DNA of 63,956 nucleotides, counting the filler, from Chiloscyllium plagiosum (lineage: Eukaryota): assembly GCF_004010195.1 (NCBI RefSeq). It is 5 parts of one record of this genome, joined end to end, with 100 filler letters (N's around TTAATTAATTAA, not from the genome) between each part and the next. Parts side by side here need not be neighbours in the genome. Positions count along the whole stretch, not along the records: positions 29,032 to 53,434 come from NC_057716.1; positions 53,535 to 59,993 come from NC_057716.1; positions 60,094 to 63,956 come from NC_057716.1; 2 more parts are not named here. One strand, written 5' to 3'. The notes below the pieces were generated by a model, which saw only the letters and a list, made by a program, of their open reading frames with translations, did not search any database and was not told the DNA's origin. Position numbers and translations under genes: made by a program. This document shows positions 51,811-61,683 of the stretch, one piece after another (the first letter of the stretch is position 1; the number at the start of each line of letters is the position of its first letter).

Positions 51811-53117
51811 AAGAACATAATTAAACGTGAAGCTTTATATCAACAGGATGTTACAGGTGCTACCTTTCTTGAGGTGGAGCAGGTGGTAGTTTGTGTGATG
51901 TTGTGCTGTAGAGGAGTCTGATGAAAATCTCATAGGGCCAAGCTTCAGATGAAGATTGACATTGGTCACAAACCAAATGCCTAGTGAAATGGAAAGCCTG
52001 CCTGAAGCTTGTTGGTTGTGGCAAGAGGGCTAGAGGAATCCATCTTCATCCTTGGTCTATGGTTTGATGCAGAGTCTGGAATTTAATTCTGTTCAGTATG
52101 GGGAGGCTGGCTAATTCCAGCATGTGAACTGTTGAACCTGAGATTATGCAGTATCTGATGGCTGAGATAATAATGTTGATTGGAGTACTGCAGCTTTCAT
52201 GGAATAGTAATCTACAGCAATGGCTGCTCAGGCAGCTGTAATGATCACTCTTGTCTCGATCATTGAAAGGAACTTTCAGTCACTTGAGTTGCCATCTGTC
52301 CTCAATCAGATCACTGGTCTGACTCAAAGAATATAGCTTTCTCACAGTTCCTTATTTCCATATTCTTTACTCCCCATGCTGCCATTAGTTCTTTTACTGT
52401 TAACTTCTATCTGTGGGGAAAAACTATTTCTAAATTTATTGTGTACCATTTCAATCCTGCTGTATTGTTGTAGCTCATGTTGTCCATTCTTGAGTACATC
52501 ATCCTCTTCGTTCTCATAGTAAAGTATTCTAAGATATTTGCTTGCAGATAGAAGTCACTATATTAATGCAAATTTAATTGGAAAATACTACCATCTTTAA
52601 GAACAGTTGCAAAAATATGCCTAGTTTGTCAGTCCTTTTCGTACCAATTTAACTGCTATAATACAAAACAGGTTACAGCCAAAGTATCCATTTTGGTTGA
52701 ATATCTCTTGGAAATCTATCAGTCCTGATTTGCCAAAAAAAAACTCAGTGCCATTCTCATCCAGAATTGTCTTTCAAAAGTGCTATGTATGAAAATTCTA
52801 GTGTGCAGTACTGGCTTATTTAAAAGAATGTGTACCCATTATTGTTGAGACTCAATGATCAAACAATCAGGGAAAATATTAATGCAGTGGGATAAAGCAG
52901 ACACTGTGTTTCAGAATGATGAGTGTTCCATTATGGAGCTGGATATTCAGGCTCTATTATTAGACCATCATTCTTAATTAGTGTAAACTCAATACAAAGA
53001 AAATGAAACTTGCTTAGATAATAGCACTGACCCAATTTCCACACAAATAAAGAGTGGATTAAAGCAATTGTAGAAATTCTCCAAACCTCTTTGACAAAGG
53101 TAAAACATGCTGAGATA

Positions 53118-53434
53118 ATTTTTTAAAAATAATATATTTTTATTAAGAAAAAATAAGTTTTTAAATATTACAACAAATACAAAACAATGCAATTCAAAAC
53201 AGTACAAAAATAGTACAAAACTAAACCCAAATAATAAAAAAGATTCCCCAACCCACCCTCCTATACGAATGTATAAACATATATAGAGAAGTATAAAATT
53301 AAAAAAAAACCTAAACTAGCTATTTAACTAACTAAATAAATACCTAACAACAAACAAATAAATAGTAATAACTCAGCCCAGCCAAACAAAAAACTCATAC
53401 ATTCACAGTTCCTCCTCCCTGGATATTGGACTCA
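53118..53434 (-). mobile_element. Second L1 3' UTR and poly(A) end, cut by the gap
   Basis: Aligns with 44840-45068 (caattcaaaaca...aactcagccaaac...cagttcctcct) and extends to minus-strand aataaa plus an A-run. Confidence 0.8.
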
Positions 53435-53534
53435 NNNNNNNNNNNNNNNNNNNNNNNNNNNNNNNNNNNNNNNNNNNNTTAATTAATTAANNNNNNNNNN
53501 NNNNNNNNNNNNNNNNNNNNNNNNNNNNNNNNNN
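53435..53534. other. Artificial assembly spacer
   Basis: N44-TTAATTAATTAA-N44. Confidence 0.97.
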
Positions 53535-54266
53535 AAAAATTTGCAGTGTGATGTAAGTGAAATTATACATTGAAGAATTGATTGTCTGTTAAGCCTTTCA
53601 TCTGTTAGAATACAGTGATAGTTTCACTTCTTTCATGTGTAAGTCACAAAACCCTTTTTTTTAAAGTTGCATTCTCGGGTTAGCTGTTAACAATGGTGAT
53701 AGCTAGACAATATGTTGAAGGTGTTAGCCCCCTGTGTTCTCTGTCTATGACCTGATGTTTAGATTGATTCCAATCTAAAAAGTGAGATAACAGGGTTTTA
53801 CATAAATTCATGCAGTTTTTCAGCTCAGAGCTCTACATGTATGCATTCTGAGTTCAGAAACTGCATGAATTTATGTAAAACTCTGTTATCTCACTTTTTA
53901 GATTAGAATCAATCTAAACATCAGGTCATTGACAGAGAACACAGGGGGCTAACACTTTCAACATATTGTCTAGCTATCACCATTGTTAACAGCTAACCCG
54001 AGAATGCAACTTTAAAAAAAAGGGTTTTGTGATTTACACATGAAAGAAGTGAAACTATCACTGTATTCTAACAGATGAAAGGCTTAACAGACAATCAATT
54101 TTTCAATGTATAAGTTCAGTTACATCACACTGCCAATTTTTGCTATAAATTCTGTGTTACGATCGAGCCCTCTACAATCACCTGAAGAAGGAGCGTCGCT
54201 CCGAAAGCTAGTATGCTTCCAATTAAACCTGTTGGACTATAACCTGGTGTTGTGTGATTTTTAACT
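53535..54266. mobile_element. Family B PLE pLTR fold-back (~300-bp near-identical arms, centre ~53840)
   Basis: 53535-53830 is the reverse complement of 53848-54141; the right arm continues through the HHR to the pLTR end. Confidence 0.9.
54179..54213 (+). ncRNA. Minimal type-I hammerhead ribozyme (family B), intact core
   Basis: cac-CUGAAGA-a-ggagc guc gcucc-GAA-AGCU-A-gu; palindromic AGCU stem III; CUA triplet. Confidence 0.82.
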
Positions 54267-54269
54267 TGG

Positions 54270-55320
54270 AAAACCAAGGTCCACTTCCAATTACCTCCAA
54301 CAGCACAACACCTCAGTACTAACCTCCTTCCCTTAACAAAAGCACCAGGCTACTTCTTGAAAATGTGGACCACTTTCTATGTCTTTAGGGTCCCTCTTAT
54401 ACAAAGGCAGATAAAGACAATGAAATTCATAATTTCATGCCTTTGGCTGACTGAGCGATATATTAATAAAATCCTCTAAAACTGGTGGCAAGAAAGTTGA
54501 TCCAATAGCAGAGTCCTCTCCCAAGTGAATTTGCCCAGGTTTGAATTGCTAAACATTCACAACTATCTACACTGGAAGGATTAATGTGATTCATAGGCCT
54601 TTCACCATTCTGCTGAAGTAACTGCTCTACTCTGAAATTTTTTTAGATTAGATTAGATTAGATTAGATTACTTACAGTGTGGAAACAGGCCCTTCGGCCC
54701 AACAAGTCCATACTTCCCCGGCGAAGCGCAACCCACCCATACCCCTACATTTACCCCTTACCTAACACTACGGGCAATTTAGCATGGCCAATTCACCTAA
54801 CCTGCCCATTTTTGGACTGTGGGAGGAAACCGGAGCACCCGGAGGAAACCTACGCAGACACGAGGAGAACGTGCAAACTCCACACAGTCGGTCGCCTGAG
54901 GCGGGAATTGAACCCGGGTCTCTGGCGCTGTGAGGCAGCAGTGCTAACCACTGTGCCACCGTGCCACCCAAAATTGATCATGGAGATTCCCAGGAGGACA
55001 TCTAGAAAATCACTAACATGTCTCCAACGCATCCTTGATATGGTCAAACATCACTTCTAACTTATGGGAAACCCTGACTTGTAACTGGCAAAATGGGGAA
55101 GGCTCGTTTGGATTGGCACCAAATACATCAAGAGATTTAGTAGGGAATACGCAGAGGCAAGGTTGAAGCTTTAGAGGGAGTACACAAACAATTCATTTAC
55201 TCAAGCACCTTCAAACACCACCTGTCCTGCATATGGCAGCGTCCGCAAATTGTGCATTGGACCAATCAGCCATTTTAGAGCTCATTCAGCCAGACTGGTA
55301 GCAAGCCATTCTGAAGGATC
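54270..55320 (+). mobile_element. Decayed RTE-clade LINE fragment, interrupted by a SINE
   Basis: ENVDHF.CL...DNEI-like sequence at ~54360; terminal CPAYGSVRKLCIGPISHFRAH resembles the RTE C2H2 end. Confidence 0.55.
54643..54969 (-). mobile_element. Full-length HE1-type V-SINE (young)
   Basis: tRNA head ggcacggtggcacagtggttagc...gggttcaattcccg; V-domain; CR1-like tail gggccgaagggcctgtttccacactgta plus (AATCT)n. Confidence 0.92.
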
Positions 55321-56228
55321 TAGCTACTAATGTGGGTTGAATAATTCAAGTAAATGGTTACATGAGGAAGCTGATTTAATGTTATTAGTAGTACCGTTGA
55401 TGGTTAGGTCCATGTTTATAACAAAAAAGATAATGGAAATTGTAAGGTTAAAGCTTTGCTTGAAACATTTTCATCACTTGATTTTTTGAAATTCCCAGGG
55501 AAATTCCAAATGAAATGGTTATTGTTGAAATGTGCTCTATGTTGTAACATGATTAAGGTGAACAGACTCTGCAAAATTATTCAACTGTCACAACAGAACT
55601 ATATAATTTTTACAAAAAGCAGGCAAAGGAAATCTTTCCCTTTGGAATTTTCAAATTATGAAATGCAAGGTTGACTATTTCTCAAGAGTTTTCAAACTAA
55701 TGGTAATTGCACTGCACTGCTCATTTTGTTGTTAGAAATTGCCAGTCAATTATGCAGCTCAAGAGGAACAAGCAATATTCTTTTTGCCCTATTACACAAA
55801 AATTTCTAATTACAATTGCAATATTATAAGCACTAAAAGTGTGTCGAATTTATTTATTTACACTATATTAAATCAGTATTAGAGGTGGTTACTCTTCCAT
55901 CCAAGAATGTTTTGGCTGACAACCATCTCTTCCTTATATTAAATCACCTCCTGTATGCTTTTGTGGATGCAGAAAAAGTGCATTGCCTCAGTCTCTCAGC
56001 AGCTCTCTGAATCTTAAAAATAAGACAATTCTAGGATCCTCAGCAGTTTGGCTGAAGTAGATTTAACGTTTGCGTTCAACTTACAGCTATGTTATTGGCT
56101 TTTTGTAATGCATTAGTTTCAAGAATTAATTCAAAATTCTCATTAATTCAAAACTTCCTTAATGTTTTCTCTTTATTTGTGAACAAATAAAACCTGACTG
56201 ATAATGAAAACAATTGTATGTATTTGCA

Positions 56229-56301
56229 CAAAAACAGAAATTGCTGGAAAAGCTTTCTGTTTTGTTTCTGATTTACAGCATCTGCAGTTCTTTCGGTTTT
56301 T
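56229..56301. mobile_element. 73-nt collapsed PLE pLTR insertion with 17-bp TSD
   Basis: TSD aattgtatgtatttgca (56212-56228) and aattgtatatatttgca (56302-56318); aaaacagaaa / tttctgtttt arms; cagcatctgcagt tail. Confidence 0.72.
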
Positions 56302-56542
56302 AATTGTATATATTTGCATATCTACTCATGACTCTGAGTAATAAATGACATCTGCCGCTTGTGCTTTTTCCTGGTATAAGAGGGAGACAGCATTTTTAAA
56401 TAACCACATGCTAATTAATTGCCTTAATATCAGAGTAAGTAAACCTAAAATAATATATTTGACAATTATTTATTGCATAACAGAGTACAGGAAAGCAAAA
56501 TCTTTGGCCATACTTCATATATTGACACAGTTACAATGTCTA

Positions 56543-56768
56543 GGGTGGAGTGGTGCTGGAAAAGCACAGCAGATCAGGCGGCATCCGAGGAGTAGGAAAA
56601 TCGACGTTTTGGGAAAAAGCCCTTCATCAGGATTGATTCCTGATGAAGCGCTTTTGCCCGAAACATTGATTTTCCTACTCCTCGGATGCCGCCTGACCTG
56701 CTGTGCTTTTCTAGCACCACTCTAATTTTGACTCTAATCTCCAGCATCTGCACTCCTCACTTTCGCCT
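56543..56768. mobile_element. Fold-back PLE mini-element (family A) with two opposed HHRs, perfect 14-bp TSD
   Basis: TSD agttacaatgtcta at 56529-56542 and 56769-56782; centre cttcatcagga-ttgat-tcctgatgaag. Confidence 0.92.
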
Positions 56769-58194
56769 AGTTACAATGTCTATGCCAGTCAGTATTCCTA
56801 GTTAAATATTGCAGACCACAATCTATACCCTAGGTCTCACTCAGTTAAGTTGTTCCTACTATTCTAATGAAAGAGTGGATGTATGTGGACCTATCCTCAA
56901 ACATTGTATAATACGTAATAATCTGTTTTCTGTCTATTTACTGTTAAACCATGTAATTGTGCATAATAGCCTTCTGTTTCCCTTTTAGCCACCTGTGCTA
57001 CACACTTTCTACTTAGAACATAATCAATATTGTTTCAGAGCTGCACCCTTAGGGAGCACATTTTTATCATACTGAGGACACTTCAGTGCACATGTATGAA
57101 TCGAAGGGAAGAATTGACAGTGAACAAGTGCATTCGAGCATTCATGAAGATGTTTTATCTGGATGAATTAGTAATCTAAGCATTTCTATTTTTAAAAATA
57201 GCTGTCCATCATTTGTGGAATTAAAAGAAAATTAATTAACCCTTATACTTCATTCTGACATTCCCACTTCACAGCTTTTTGATATAGCAACACATTAATT
57301 ATGCTGCCCATTTGATTAGCTTGTTCTGAAGTTTACTTTAAAACAATTCTGTTAACATTTCTCATATATTTCGTTCTTAGTTCATCACCACTGACACCAG
57401 TATTATTTGAAACCTTATAGCTTGAACCTACTTCTGTGTCCAATTATTCCTAGCTACTTCATCAATTACCATCTTACTTTATAAAATCAAAAGTGGGATT
57501 ATTCACTGTTAAATCTATTTGCAATTTCTCTGATGACGAAGCATCCTGTGCCTGTTGGCAGTAAGGCTGGATTACCTTCAGGCTTGGGCAAGTAAGTGAC
57601 CAATATTTGCACTACATATGTGTCAGGTAACCATCAGGCAGCAGTTACTGAACTCTTCATGTGAACACCTTAAGACCAGCATTGGTCAGGAACCAGCTAT
57701 ATAAATTCCATAGCTACTGGAGAAAATCAAAGACTGGGTATTCTGTTGGGTGTGGCTCATGTTCTGATGCCTAAAAGTTTACAATCTTCAAGACAGAAGT
57801 CTTAAGTGGCAGAGTGGCTTGAATCAACAAATTACCCCTTGATCTATCTGCCTCAACATTTTTGTCATATTCTCCTTCCTTAAGTATGTCAATTTATAAT
57901 CCCTTCAAATGTCAATTGAAATTCTCATTCTCTATTACACTACAAGAATATCTTTTCTGCTTTTTCCCTCAGCTACAGCACTGAGCAACCATTATCTTAA
58001 GTGATTTCAATTTCCATTTTAACTATTTGTCCTCTGAGATCATTGCCTTTCTGTTCTCTCCCTTACTCTTCCTTAAATTAAATGTTCCAACCGTTTTCAG
58101 TCTTTCCTTAATCTTATAACCTTACATGGCCTCACTGCTCCCAACATGTCAATCACAAGTAAGGCCAATAAATCCTTGCATTATTGTATAGCTA

Positions 58195-58840
58195 CTTATC
58201 TTTGTTCCCCTTTCCAACTTTGGTTCTTTTGGCATCTGTGGCCTGCTCTTCATTGGAGAAACCAAACTCAGACTGGGTGACTGCTTTGCGGAAAATCTCC
58301 GGTCCGTTTGCAAGCATAACCCTGACATTCCCATGGCTGGTTATTTTAACACAGCATCATGTTCGCATGCTCACTTGTCTATCCTTGGCATGTGGCAATG
58401 CTCCAGCGAATCACAGCATAAACTGGTGGAACAACATCCCGTTTTCAGACTAGGCACTTTATAACCTTCTGTACCTTCAGATTGTGAACCCACTCACATT
58501 CCTTCCCTTTCTTTGGGTTTTGTTTGTTGCATTGCAATCTCTGTCACTATATTGTCTCTCCCCTTCCCCCAGTCCACAGTCTGTTTTCTCCTGTTTGGCA
58601 TTGAGACACACCATTATTCTGCTGTCCTCACATTCCAATTAGTTAATCAGCACTATCAGCAACCCCTTCCTCTCCAGGACCCCATGTCCGCACCCTCCCC
58701 CCACAAACTATAGCATAAATGCAGCGCCCTTCACACTACATGTTGACTCTGGTGAGTCATCTAGACTCGAAACGTTAGCTTGCTCGCTCACCATGGATGC
58801 TGCCTGACTGGCTGTGATTTCCAGCATTTTTTGTTTTCAG
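58195..58840 (+). mobile_element. PLE family D 3' end (GIY-YIG plus pLTR; HHR remnant 58747-58778)
   Basis: CGLLFIGETKLRLGDCFAENL; cu-CUGgUGA-guc aucua gac-uc-GAAA-CGUU-ag. Confidence 0.75.
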
Positions 58841-59329
58841 TTGTTCTCCACCTGTCACTGTGTCATAAAGATTTCTAAAATTCACTTCCAACTGCATTTT
58901 CCATCCACAGCAATCACTCTTGATTCGCTGTTAATCGACTCGGTCATACCCTTACCTCTGTATTTGATACCCGAGTGGCTTTCAAAACTGCAAATGAAGT
59001 GCCCTGCTGTTTCTGCTGTTGCAACCACCTTCTTGAGGAAATTAGGAATGGGCAATAAATACTGGTCAGGTCTGTTGCACCCACACTTGTTATCTGCTTT
59101 CTGAAGTGCAAGAGATGCAGACTTGAATGTATATGACAGATAATTGGTTTAGCCATTGTTACTTGTATGACTAGACTCCATGAAACAATATTGGGTTCAC
59201 CTCTCCTCTGCCAACATTTAAAAGATTCAACCTAGAATGCAGAGATTCCTGGCTTCTTTTCTCCATTTGGCCCCTCTCTCTCTTATTGGACCAAGTTTCC
59301 TCTAAGGTTTCCTCCTTCCCTGGTACTGA

Positions 59330-59870
59330 TCTTGCATCTTTCTCCAGTTTCTTTTCAATCGCATCTCATGTCTTCCATTAACTCTTTTGTTTATGAAAGC
59401 CACTTCATGCTTCTCAACCCCACTCTTGGTATTCTGCTGACAACCAAACTTCCCTTTTTGGTCCCTGTGTTAGCACATGCTATTAATGGTTCATCTTAAG
59501 TACTCTCCCCTGTCATGCTTATATCTGGGGTCACAATTTCTCTCCTCACGAAAGAACCTTTGGTCTTTTCTTGCAAACAATAGCCCTATATCCAATTTCC
59601 CATTCCTCTTCAAAGCTATCACATGTGCTTCCAAATCTACATCCACCTTTCCCAGAACTCTACAGGTCAAACCCTCAAAATAGGTTTCTTTCTCTGTCGC
59701 AGTATTAAAATAACTCTGATCAAAGTCACAAATGACATCTTCTCTAACTGTAATCATCGTAAACTATTCCTCCATGTCCTTCTCAAACTGCCAACAGCCT
59801 TTTGGAGTGGATCATTCTATCATCTCCCAGCACCTCACTGCCATTAGCCAGTTGGATGGGATTGTATTTG
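59330..59870 (+). mobile_element. Old L2-clade LINE RT remnant
   Basis: PISNFPFLFK; TLIKVTNDIF...LFLHVLLKLPTAF (L2 consensus LLDLSAAFD). Confidence 0.6.
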
Positions 59871-59871
59871 A

Positions 59872-59993
59872 GGAGAAAGTGAGGTCTGCAGATGCTGGAG
59901 ATCAGAGCTGAAAATGTGTTGCTGGAAAAGCGCAGCAGGTCAGGCAGCATCCAGGGAACAGGAGAATCGACGTTTCGGGCATAAGCCCTTCTT
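59872..59993 (-). mobile_element. Family A pLTR with HHR, cut by the gap
   Basis: ggagaaagtgaggtctgcagatgctgg...gacgtttcgggcataagcccttctt. Confidence 0.85.
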
Positions 59994-60093
59994 NNNNNNN
60001 NNNNNNNNNNNNNNNNNNNNNNNNNNNNNNNNNNNNNTTAATTAATTAANNNNNNNNNNNNNNNNNNNNNNNNNNNNNNNNNNNNNNNNNNNN
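59994..60093. other. Artificial assembly spacer
   Basis: N44-TTAATTAATTAA-N44. Confidence 0.97.
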
Positions 60094-60456
60094 TGATCTT
60101 CCAGCTGAAGGAGTTGACCCCGACTGAGTGTTGCAGACTGGCACATTCCATGGTCCAGGACTACGTGTTGAGGGATGCGCTGAAGCTTGGGGCAGCTGCC
60201 GCCAAGGCGCGGTGGGGAAAGACCACTGTGTAACATCTGCCTGCCTAATGAAGAACAGGGGGCCCACGCAGTCATTTGGGCTCTGCTGACGCCTCAGCTA
60301 ATTATATGGGTGTATGATAAAAAAATGTACAGACCTGTATAAAAATGATAAGTTTTGATCTCTGTATGTACATGTTTACAGATGTATGGCATGACCAATT
60401 GTACAGACCATCAAATTATTTTATGAATAAAGTATATTTTTGAAATAAAAAAAAAA
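60094..60456 (+). mobile_element. Tx1-like LINE 3' end (ORF2 C-terminus, 3' UTR, poly(A))
   Basis: CCRLAHSMVQDYVLRDALKLGAAAAKARWGKTTV* (TAA 60231-60233); aataaa and an A10 run at 60447-60456. Confidence 0.75.
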
Positions 60457-60457
60457 G

Positions 60458-61646
60458 GATGTGTACTGCCTGCAGGATTTCCCTGCGGCAGGCTATTTCG
60501 ATGTGACTTTCAGGAGCGTGAAGAATTGCGAGCAGTTCCTGAAGGTCTTCAAGGAGAAGGAAGGGGAGCCTCTGTTCTCCAGCTTGTCGGCGGTCCTGTT
60601 GTGTGTGCTTCCTGTGCAGAGGAGTCAGGTTGTAACAATCCAGATGTACAGCCCCCACGTCCTAGCAGCAGATGTCCTGACCTTCTTGAGAAAATACGGA
60701 CAGGTCGAGGGACAGAGTACCGATGTGGTCGATCCTTTCGGGATGTGGACCAGCAAACGACAGGTCAGGGTAGCGCTGAAGGTCGATGCCAGTGGGAACA
60801 TCCTCCACCCACCCTCCAGCTTTGCCATCGGAGGAAGCAGAGGTTACCTGACATACGCAGGGCAGCCAAAAGTGTGCCGAACCTGGGGGAGTTCAGGCCA
60901 CATGGCGGCGGATTGTAAGGTGACCGCCTGCCGAAACTGCAAGCAGGAAGGCCACCCGACCAAGGAGTGTAAGGAGGCCAAGAACTGTAATCTGTGCGGA
61001 GAGGCGGGCCACATGTACAAGGCCTGCCCAAGACGAGGGACTGCCACCTATGCACAGATGGCTGGAGGTAGCAATATGAGCCATGGACCACCTAAGACCA
61101 GCAAGGTACCACAAAACAGCACGGGAAGGGTGTCTGGAGGCACCCAGAAGGAAGGGCAGGCTGTATAAGCAGACGGCAGACAGCAGGGAGGTGCTGCAGC
61201 CGATCCAAGCTCCTTCAAGACAGACAGAGGAAATGGAAGAGAAGGGAACAAAGGAGGCAGAGGACTGGATTACTGTCAAAAGCAGGAAGAGGAAACCTCC
61301 CAAAGCCACCCAGCGAAGGCGGAAGCAACACCTACACGACGAGGATACAGGCAGCTCTTCCGATAGTGAGGACGGTTGCAAGGAGGGTCGTCACCAGAGG
61401 AAGAGACAGAGCGCCGCGGCGAAAAAGGAGGGCAGCACCGCCCAAACAGGAAAAGACGATCCCTCTGAGGGGATGGGTAAAGGCCTCCCCCCACCCGGTG
61501 AGAACCAAGAGGTATCCATCAGCCCACAGCTTCAGGTAACTGGGAGCAGCGGTTCTATGATAGCCCCGGACAGCTACCTCAGCCCTGGGAGGGTCCAGCA
61601 ATTTGCCACAGGGATGCACACAGCTACCCCAGAGGGGCAAGACTAG
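60458..61646 (+). pseudogene. Tx1 ORF1 (RRM-like, three CCHC knuckles, low-complexity tail); ZCCHC3-like
   Basis: FDVTFRS, DPFGMWT, RGYLTYAGQPKVC, CRT(W)GSSGH, CRNCKQEGH, CNLCGEAGH; frameshift near 61140-61170. Confidence 0.85.
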
Positions 61647-61683
61647 CAGCAAATGGACCCTTGTAAACTCGTAAACTGTTAAA

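Noticed and set aside
51850..52500. Possible decayed LINE remnant
   Set aside because: Too degenerate to assign by eye.
54880..54969. tRNA-like sequence with A and B boxes
   Set aside because: Head of an HE1 V-SINE, continuous with the V-domain and LINE tail. Not a tRNA gene.
8864..59993. CRISPR-like recurring short repeats
   Set aside because: Dispersed eukaryotic retroelement copies, with no regular repeat-spacer array and no cas genes.
11845..60093. TTAATTAATTAA palindrome centred in four N-runs
   Set aside because: Identical synthetic six-frame-stop spacer added during assembly. Not biological, and adjacency across these gaps is uncertain.
60461..61168. Possible host ZCCHC3 gene
   Set aside because: Lies directly upstream of an EN/RT ORF2, lacks its N-terminus, is frameshifted and has a C-to-W knuckle mutation. 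It is a retroelement ORF1.
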